Below are positions 54,801-64,000 of a stretch of 64,000 bases of DNA, piece by piece. Within the stretch, counting starts at the first letter, position 1. Each line of letters opens with the position of its first letter. The notes under the pieces are model-generated. The model worked only from the letters and a program-made list of their open reading frames with translations, was not told the origin of the DNA and did no database searches. Source of the stretch: Ranitomeya imitator (taxonomy: Eukaryota); the NCBI RefSeq assembly GCF_032444005.1, contig NC_091288.1, positions 220,038,001-220,102,000 on the forward strand. The letters are read 5' to 3'. The position numbers were made by a program, and so were the translations under genes.

Positions 54801-55388
54801 AGCGCTTTTCCTTGCAGGAACATGATGGCGCTGTGAGGGTAATCTTCTCCTAGGGATATGAGGCGCCCATTAGCTGTAGAGAGATGGATATAGCGTTTCA
54901 CTCTCCACATCATTACACTTAGATATGATCAGTGGTCACTGGGGTTGGATATTTTGGCCACCGTAAGGCAGGGGATGTCACGTTGTTTTGGTATCCAATG
55001 GCGTTGTGTTGTAATACAGAGTGACAAACGTTTCCAGATTTGCTCCGTCGACGGTCACTACAGTCTAAAATAGCTGTGTGTCAGGTTTGCACAAATGTTT
55101 CTGGTCGTGCAAGTAATCTGGTAATTGCTGTCGCGTGACAAGTGTGGACCTAGCCTTAATGTCGAGAACAATAGGTTCTAGTTCTTGGTGAACACAGTGA
55201 AAATAAATGCGTAATATGGAAACACCTGAACGTCCCCAGGAGCGGACCCTTATCCACCATGAGTGGGGGTCAGGATCACCATACAAAGTGTTTACATGGA
55301 CGACCTACCAGTAAGTGATATATCGGTATAGTCTACTGAGCAGAACGAGACTCATCACATCCATAAGAGTTACGATCTGTAGGGTTAT

Positions 55389-55951
55389 TGTCATGCTGCT
55401 GCTATGCAGGGAGATGGAAGCTCTACTAGATGGCAATAGAGTGGCGGGAGGACTGCACACTGCCAGAGCAGACCTGCAGCGCAGCAGCTAGGCTACCACC
55501 AGGTGGCAGCAGGATGGTCAAACAAACTGGGTCGATATTTAGTCAGTAGCGCAGTACCAAAGGGAATAAACAAACACAGAGTCAGAGACAAGCCAAAAAG
55601 GTCAATACCTTTCAGGAGCGGAAATACCAAAGACAAGAGAGAAAAGCAGGTCAAGGTGCAAGCCGAGTCAAGTACCTGGGAGTCCACACATGAAGGGGAA
55701 ACAGTGTCGGGACGGGAAGAGGGGATTAAACAGACACGGGCACAGTCAGCAAAGGCAGCGGGACAAATCAGGGTTTAAGCAGGGTCAGCTATTCACACCA
55801 TATGCAGAAACTATAACTGGCACCGCCTGCAGGACGCAGTGGAGAGAAATGGCCGACCAAACACCAGAACAAGGCAGAGAAAAGTTAACCCCTGACATGA
55901 CCAGACCGGGAAGGAGAGAACAGGACTCAAAACCCGGCCTGGATCATGACA
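55389..55951 (-). mobile_element. Solo LTR (563 bp)
   Basis: TGTCATG...CATGACA termini and exact 5-bp TSD GTTAT (55384-55388, 55952-55956); orientation inferred. Confidence 0.75.
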
Positions 55952-56555
55952 GTTATCCAGAACAGGATCCACCCTTTTGAATGGAAATATTCTAAAATGT
56001 CTTCACTTTTTCAGCTGTAATCCATTAGATCGATGAAAAAAACGTAATCTGCTTGTTTTTTCTGTCCGGCTAAAAATGCAAATTGTGACTGGATTAGAAT
56101 GGAAGGTCATCTGATATGTCATCCATTAATGGATGTTTTTTCAGTTCTGCACACACCTAGAATAATAGAGGTGACAGAGACACATCTGGTAAAACCAAAA
56201 CCGTTACAGAGAAAACAAATCTGGTTTTTTTTTTTTGTTTTCTGTCTTGTGTGGACTCGGACAGATGGTTTGCTTGGACAGATGACTTACTGTATGTGTT
56301 TGTTTTAATTTTTACAAGTATATTTTACCTTTGCTGCACTTAAACGTTTTGCACTTTTTGCTCTGCTGTTCGCAGCCACAGTGACTGTTTGCTCTGGGAA
56401 GAAAGTATTTGACTCTTTGTGTTTGAAGTGAAGCTTTGCCTCTCCTTGGTTTTGGTCCTCACCACACAGCCTGGGATTAATGCTGCTCTCCCTCTTTGTG
56501 CACAGTTTTTGCTTAGTTTTTTATGATTTACTTGCTTTCAGTTTCAAAGTTTCTT

Positions 56556-57475
56556 TGTAACATGTATTTAGCAGGTTTCGGCCTCAGTGGTTCAGGAGGA
56601 AGGAACAACCTAAGTCATAGAGAAAAATTAAAATCCATAAAGACATCTGCAGAGATGGGACATATCACCCTCACATAGAACTAATTATAGTCGGGGAACA
56701 AAGAAACTAATTATAACTATGGAAGCAAGAAAGAACTAATGCTTCAACCTCAGTTGAACTAGGAGCCTCCTGCAGTGAACAGGTAATGGCAACAGTAGAT
56801 TTGCTCAGGGAAAGAGACACCCAGACTAAGAATAGTTTACGCAGAGGTGGGGAAGTACGCTTCCAAAGACATAAGCGTCCTCTGATCAATGCATGGCTCT
56901 AAGACTTTTTGGAGCCAATGGTTAGTAATGAATATTGCGGTTTGCATCAATCCAATGTTTATGGGAAATATGTTTTAGTTGCCAAGGGATGAACATAGCG
57001 CATTCACTGCCATCACCCCTCCAACTTGATATTTGTCCAATGGTTGATGCTATCCATGCCATATTTCATCCCGATAGGTAAAATCACGATAAGAAACATG
57101 ACAAGAACATTCACCGTCTGGGACCTCACAAATAAAAAGCAGAAATTGGGTTTTAGTATTTTGACAGGCCTAGAAGGTGCAGCTGGCTGTGAGTTCTGTC
57201 CTTTTTCCTAACGAGTACCCCCCTTTGCTAAGCTCTGAGCCATTTTAGTGACATCAGGTTTTGTAATTTTCTTTGGTTATCCCTTTAATTTTATGTAACT
57301 GTATAAGCTGCATTGTTGTTTTCCCATTTTATATCATCTTTGTATATTATTTATAAACACAGCCTACTTTTTGGAATAAATAAAATTTAATAGATCTGTT
57401 CCTCTTGCTCTGCAAACCGCACCCCTGAAGCCATACACTACCTGTAAAGGGCGTCCAATTGGCCTCTATAAACAA
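56556..57475 (+). mobile_element. Possible LTR-like sequence
   Basis: Starts TGTAACA, has AATAAA near 57376, ends ...AAACA followed by a TTGGTG PBS-like sequence; no TSD found. Confidence 0.3.
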
Positions 57476-58239
57476 TTGGTGATGGCAACGAGTATTTTGT
57501 TATTGTGGAGTCGGTTGTGACTTTACGGAGATATATGCTATATATATTCCATGCGTTGGAGTCAGAGGTGTATATACCATACGCTCACTGGGAGTTCCCC
57601 AACAACCGGCCTAGTAGTGGAAGCAGTCGCATCCATCACTCGTCAGTCAATGGTGTAATTGTCCTGACGATTGAAGGCAGAAACATTGCATCCCCTGACA
57701 AACTGGTGGGATCTGCATGCCCCATGGCAGTTCTCCTTGACAACCTCCACATAACCTGTAGGGTTTATGTTATACCCCTGTATGAGAACTATGAATATCT
57801 AAGTGCCAAGACAGTCACCCTCATAAACTTGCTGATAATCTTTGGATCTCTTCTACCAAGAAAGTCTGAGCATTGCTGGGGGAAAATTCCATTATTATTT
57901 CTTCTGGGGATTTAAGATTTTGGAGAACCTCCAGTGATAAGATCACGAGCGCAACACCCACAAGGCAAACATTGATTGCACCATCATCCTGTTCTATTCT
58001 TCCACATCCAGAATCAAGACAGAAGGAAGAGAACCACATGCTTCATTAGGTAATTGCTATCATTAACCCCTTGCGGACATCTTTACTTCTGGCCTAGATG
58101 ATAGTTGTATCCTACTTGCATTGGTGTCGGGTTGGTCAATTCTCTGTAAAATCCAATCTTTTTGTCACGGGTCTCACCAATATCACCAACGAGCCCCGAG
58201 GGGTAGATAATGGGGGCCCGACCTCTGCGGTCCACATTA

Positions 58240-58590
58240 GGCTAGGTTCACACTTGCGTTGTACAGTCCGTTCAACAAATCCATTAAACGGACTGCACTA
58301 ACGCAAGTGCCAACTCTGGCACTGCGCTAGCGCAGATGGAGAATCTGCTAGCTCCATCTGCGCTAGCGGTGCGCCACTAGTGACGGACCTGGAAACGCTG
58401 CATCCCGCGTCTCGGGTCCGTCACTCAATGACAGCACATCGCTAGCGCACACCCACATTGTGGGCGTGCGCTAGCGATGTGTTCACCATTGCCAGTAATG
58501 GCAGCGTTAACGGACTACGTTACACCGCGTTATGCCGCGGTGTAACGTAGTCCATTAAACGGGTTCACACAACACAGTGTGAACCCAGCC
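58240..58590. mobile_element. Harbinger-type MITE
   Basis: GGCTAGGTTCACAC / GTGTGAACCCAGCC with TTA/TAA flanks. Confidence 0.75.
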
Positions 58591-60199
58591 TAATCTGTTA
58601 CAGATAGCGGTGATTACTCTGAGGCTGAACTTTCCTACATCCGTACAGGGGTCGCCTGGTACCCGATCACTGCACAATGCCGGTGTCACCGATAATTTCG
58701 CTATGGAGCTTTGCGTTGTCAAATTTTATGCTATTTGGACCTCCTCGGGTTTATAAACAGACTCCGGTACTTTCTGCTAACTCCTTCTGCAGCAATGCCT
58801 GCTAGCGTTGAGGTCTCCAGGGGTCCGACATATAGCCCAGCTATGGCCGAGCTCCATTCCTGGACCCTGCCGCCTCTCTACTAGCGCCTTGGATTTGTCT
58901 GTGACCTGCACTGCTACATCTTGGCAAACTCCCGATTTGCCCCTGGGCACCACGCCTGGGACCTGTAGTTCTATTTTCTCGGCTTTGACTCCTGGCTGTC
59001 TGATCACGCTGCGGTCCCATGTCCTGTCATCACATCAATGATGGTGGTGACCGGAGGCATAGCAGAATTAGCTGTATATATTGCATTTCAACTTTTCAGT
59101 TTTACTGCAACTTCAGACATTTTTTATATTAAAAGGTTTTCTTGTAACAAAGTTCTGGAGGATGTTTGTTACCGTCGGCCTGGTAGAGACCTTTTGCTCT
59201 GTTATTGCTGTTTATTTAGGAACAAAAATCAACCCCTTTATAGTTTTATTGGTGTAAAGTTCATCCAGTAAATGGTACTGTAATTACAGGTGGATTTATT
59301 ACAGGACACAGTCCAGTACATTTATTTTATCCCTTTATTGTAATTCTGAATGTTTGTTCTTTTTTTCTGTTCCCACACTATACACACATAAAAGTAATGC
59401 AGATTACCATGAATGATTATTAGCAGTAATGCTCCTTTCCTGATAATCTCGCAGAGTAAAATAAAAGCTGACAATCACTAGACGAATGAGCTTAAAAGAA
59501 AACACTGCTCTTGGCAGCACAAAGCCCTATGTAAACAGGGCAAGTGCTGCAGAGGATAAGGACAACCAACGAGCATAAAACGATCTACACGGATCTGTCT
59601 GTATAGGAAGTATGGTTGTCCTGCCTTTACACGGCCGCTGACTGGCTTCTATGAAGTGCATCGGCGGTCGTTTACGGCCTTGGGTCAGAGAGTGTAAAGC
59701 CGCCTGTGTAAAAATAAAAACGACCCAAAAGTTATGTTGATCCCAGGAGGCGTACTCCCTGCTTGTCTAATATGGGTACGGCCATCTTTGTTTTTCCTTC
59801 CTCCCCATTTGGATTCCACCACCTGAGAACTATGAGCCCAAGATTCCTGATTTTTTGGGAGGTACATGAATAATACTTTTGAGACAGACTTCTTTAAACT
59901 TCCTAAAAGGCTAACAAAATAAAATAACATTTTACAAATGGCGCTGATGTAAAGCCGACATGATGGAAATGTTATTAGTGTTTTTCTGATAGACATAAAT
60001 TTAGCATTAACATAAAGTGCAACGTGTCACGAATAAACAGTCTCAAAATCATTGGGATGTGTCAAAGCTCCAATACCACATAAAGGAACACTGATCGGAT
60101 TTCAATAATTGGGCCCTGTCACTGAGGGGTTAAGGTTTGCAGGCACTATGAGGACACTTTGTGCTAGAACGGCATTCTTGTAGCATGATTATGACAGCA

Positions 60200-61158
60200 T
60201 GTGGTGAATGTGTGTGTGTATATATATATATATCTATATATATATATCTATATGTGTGTAGTGACATATGTCAAGGGTTATAATGTGTGACTAGTGATAA
60301 TGTAACATCTGTCCTGAAGGCAAGTCACACCTAGGTGTTAATAGGTACTTCCTTGGGACTAGTAGAAATTCAGTCTCCATATCTCGCCAGAGGGTCTAGC
60401 TAGGGCCGAGAAGAAAAGCAACATTTGGCACCTTCTAGGTCGTGGAGGGGAGACGCTAATTGCGGCCTCAGGGAATCTATCCCTGAGAACCTTTCCACAA
60501 GAGAAAATAATATATTCATTGGGGGCGTGGCCGTGGCTCAAACAAGCAGCAGTTATGATATTGACCTGAGGGGCCGGTCTAGAAACCTGGCCTAAGACCA
60601 AAGTTATAAATTTAGGCTGCAGACAGAATTGTGTTCACATGATGGGGGCAGCCTGAGAAGCTGGTGTGATCCAATCTACATTCGTCCTACCCCAGGGAAC
60701 AGAAGCAACTACCAGTTAGATGATTTTCTGTAAGTTTTCTCCTGTTTATTTTGATACTGTTTTGCATAAGTTGTATGTCTTATTATATTTTTATACCTTT
60801 TCTTATTGTAAGCGCTGACCCTTTTGTTATTAAAGTATAAAACTTTAACAAGTTGAACCTTGAATGTTCTAAAGGAATCCATAGCTTAAAGTGTGTGAGC
60901 CTTATGAGTGATAGACATATTTTTATTAGGATTATTTCTGGGACTCATCGCCCATGTATTCGGTGAGTGGTGGCAGCGCGTACGAGCGGGTGTGTGGCCT
61001 GGGTCGGGGTGTGATTTATGCTCCCATTACAGCATAGGACAGAGGTTGAATGCTGGACTGAGAGTGGGTAGCTTAACCCTTGCAGGCACAACCCCAAGTC
61101 ACGTGTGAGAGCAGGCACGTGACGGATTAGTGACGCCACGGAGTAGGGATCCGTGACA
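60200..61158 (-). mobile_element. Solo LTR (959 bp), same family as 16316-17273, inverted
   Basis: The reverse complement aligns along its length to 16316-17273, including the (TA)n near the end; flanks imperfect (CAGCA/TAGCA). Confidence 0.78.
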
Positions 61159-61286
61159 TAGCAGTTCTCAAGTTTTTACATATCAATAATGCGGAAGGCC
61201 ACAAGGAAGCCACGAGGAGCAGATGATTGAGGTCCCGTCTGGGCGGCTTCTTGGGATCATCTTTTTGGCCCCGTCAGTTCTGTTAG

Positions 61287-61590
61287 GCTATGTGCACACT
61301 GTGCGGATTTGCCTGCAGATTGGACGCTGTGGATTTGCAGCAGTTTTTCATCTGGTTTACAGTAGCATGTAAACCTATGGAAAACCAAATCCGCAGTGCA
61401 CATGGTGTGGAAAATACTGCATGGAAACGCTGTGCTGCATTTTCTGCAGCATTTTACACCTGCTCAATAGGAAACCGAAGGTGTAAAACTGCAGGTGAAA
61501 TCGGCACAAAAACCGCAGGAAATCCGTAGGTAAAATGCAGTGAGTTTTACCTGCGGATTTTTCTAAAAATCCGCAACATGGGCACATAAC
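61287..61590. mobile_element. Harbinger-type MITE
   Basis: TTA|GGCTATGTGCACAC ... GGGCACATAACC termini; same family as 8387-8731. Confidence 0.7.
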
Positions 61591-62299
61591 CTTTCACTTG
61601 ATCGCCAGCGTGTTCTTGGACTCTGGCCATGTACTAGGAACTTGGATTTGTCTCTGACCTGCAATTCTAAATCTGACTTTCCTCCTGCATTGCCAGTCTG
61701 GAACTTGTAGTGCTCCTCTACTGGAACTGCCCTTTCAGTCTGACCACACTCTATCCCTGTCAGCGATGGTAATGTTATGATTTGCATTTTTGCTGGTTTC
61801 TGTCAGTCAGTTTCGGACGCTTTGTTCTTTTATTACCGATGTTTGTTCAATGAAAAATAAACCTTCTAGTTTTATTGGTGTAAAGCTCTTTCTGTAAATT
61901 TTATAGACTTCTTGTGGCTTGATTACAGAACAGTATTATAGGCAGGGGTGTCCTTATACTGACCACAGCACGGTAACAACAGCCCCCCATCTGTACAAGG
62001 CGGCGGTACAGGACCCCCCATCCCATGCACAGGAGGATCAGGTCTGAAGATGTACAGCACGGAGCAGAAAATACGCCATGAGCTCGGTGCTGAACGTTGC
62101 TGTAAGGGAACAGTCCTTCATTTGTAAGAGGTGGAGACCAAGAAGGAGCGGAGGTAAAGGTGTCTGTATTCTGCCGGACAACAAATTCCCAGTGATGTCC
62201 CCCAAAAAGCTTACAGATTGGGTTCCAAATAAGGGAGAAAGACAATGATCAGTGAGACGTGTCACAAGACACTGGAACCATAAATATGGGATAGCACAA

Positions 62300-62800
62300 T
62301 ACATTTACAACATGGTCTAACATTTTAGGACCCCCGCACCTTTCTCCTAGAGGGGCTTTATTCACCTCCCATGCCGTCAGGGGGTAACGTCCTTCTGGAA
62401 TCACCAAACCCAGACTCCTCCATCAGACACAGATAGAGAAATGTGATCCATCACTGCACAGGACACGTCTCCTCCGGAGTCCAGCGGTGGCGGCTTTACA
62501 CCACTGAATCCGACGCTCAGCATTGTGCTGGGTGATGTACGGCTGCATGAAGCTGCTCAGGCACGAAGCTCCCGGTGGGGGAGCATTGTTTGTATTGATG
62601 CTAAAACCGAGAGGCCTGGCCTCTAAGGTATGGGGTTCAACATAGCAGTGACTTTTCTGCCCTCTGCTCCTCAACACTTGCCTACCCCCCTCTGAAACAT
62701 GAAGGGGTCTCCACTTCATGGTTGAGTTGCTGCGGTTCCTTCCATTTCTCAGCAATGGCACTTGCAGGTGATGGGGAAGATTCAGGAGGAAGAAATGTCA
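62300..62800 (-). mobile_element. Decayed Tc1 transposase fragment
   Basis: PYITQHNAERRIQWCKA...VLCSDGSHF corresponds to the Tc1 KP.I...RL.W...WSDES.F region. Confidence 0.7.
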
Positions 62801-62909
62801 TGGACAGACGTGTTACCCTGGTATCTCCTATTACAGGACCGTGCTAGTATCTGTGATCGCTGCACCACCGGCCGCTGTCACATGGTAGTAATGGCAGTTG
62901 GCATGGCGG

Positions 62910-64000
62910 GGGGCTGGAGGTTACACACCGGGGTGAGGGCATTGGTATTGAGGAGCCGGAGGTTATACACTGGGGGCAGAGGTTACACAGCAGGGTGGGG
63001 ACATTGGTATTGAGGAGGCGGAGGTTATACACTGGGGGCAGAGGTTACACACTGGGGTGGGGGCATTGGTATTCAGGAGTCGGAGGTTATACACTGGGGG
63101 CAGAGGTTACACAGCAGGGTGGGGACATTGGTATTGAGGAGGCGGAGGTTATACACTGGGGGCTGGAGGTTACACACTGGGGTGGGGGCATTGGTATTGA
63201 GGAGCCGGAGGTTATACACTGGGGGCAGAGGTTACACAGCAGGGTGGGGACATTGGTATTGAGGAGCCGGAGGTTATACACTGGGGGCAGAGGTTACACA
63301 CCGGGGTGAGGGCATTGGTATTCAGGAGTCGGAGGTTATACACTGGGGGCAGAGGTTACACAGCAGGGTGGGGACATTGGTATTGAGGAGTCGGAAGTTA
63401 TACACTGGGGGCAGAGGTTACACACCGTGGTGAGCGCATTGGTATTCAGGAGTCGGAGGTTATACACTGGGGGCTGGAGGTTACACACTGGGGTGGGGAC
63501 ATTGGTATTGAGGAGCCGGAGGTTATATACTGGGGGCAGAGGTTACACAGCAGGGTGGGGACATTGGTATTGAGGAGCCGGAGGTTATACACTGGGGGCT
63601 GGAGGTTACACAGCAGGGTGGGGACATTGGTATTGAGGAGCCGGAGGTTATACACTGGGGGCTGGAGGTTACACACTGGGGTGAGGGCATTGGTATTGAG
63701 GAGCCGGAGGTTATACACTGGGGGCAGAGGTTACACAGCAGGGTGGGGACATTGGTATTGAGGAGCCGGAGGTTATACACTGGGGGCAGAGGTTACACAG
63801 CAGGGTGGGGACATTGGTATTGAGGAGCCGGAGGTTATACACTGGGGGCAGAGGTTACACAGCAGGGTGGGGACATTGGTATTGAGGAGCCGGAGGTTAT
63901 ACACTGGGGGCAGAGGTTACACACCGGGGTGAGCGCATTGGTATTCAGGAGTCGGAGGTTATACACTGGGGGCAGAGGTTACACACCGGGGTGAGGGCAT
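62910..64000. repeat. 62-bp G-rich minisatellite running off the right edge
   Basis: Unit ggggacattggtattgaggagccggaggttatacactgggggcagaggttacacagcagggt. Confidence 0.93.

Noticed and set aside
54200-55330. Coding-like decayed sequence with a Harbinger-type end at ~55155
   Set aside because: Only isolated motif-like fragments (e.g. IDGMH) in broken frames; not assignable without a profile search.
40900-64000. Additional serine protease paralogues (PRSS36/PRSS53-like) expected from synteny
   Set aside because: I found no IVGG, TAAHC or GDSGGP exons on either strand by eye in this region.

Overview
Vertebrate genomic DNA, almost certainly anuran (frog), judged from the nf7 and xCAP1-like genes and the L2/CR1/T2-MITE/Harbinger/Tc1 repeat landscape. 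The species is not determinable here. Three intron-containing genes were reconstructed by hand from splice sites. (1) nf7, a nuclear factor 7-like Tudor-knot/chromobarrel + RING + B-box + coiled-coil TRIM, on the minus strand: 5 coding exons visible, and the gene runs off the left edge. (2) kat8/MOF on the plus strand: 10 coding exons, 467 aa. (3) prss8 (prostasin / xCAP1-like GPI-anchored serine protease) on the minus strand, tail-to-tail with kat8. nf7 and kat8 are head-to-head across a CpG-rich promoter. The main finding is that the first three coding exons of nf7 look like an inverted partial duplicate of the first three coding exons of neighbouring kat8: same intron phases, an identical 75-nt middle exon, and 35/57 identical residues over the chromobarrel. 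This suggests the amphibian NF7 chimera was born at this locus. The rest is repeats: a near-complete Ty3/Gypsy element (with a -1 frameshift signal and a tRNA-Ser-like PBS), L2 and CR1 LINEs, solo LTRs, nested MITEs, Tc1/mariner remnants and about 14 kb of tandem arrays. Most long ORFs in the supplied track are artefacts of the tandem arrays.
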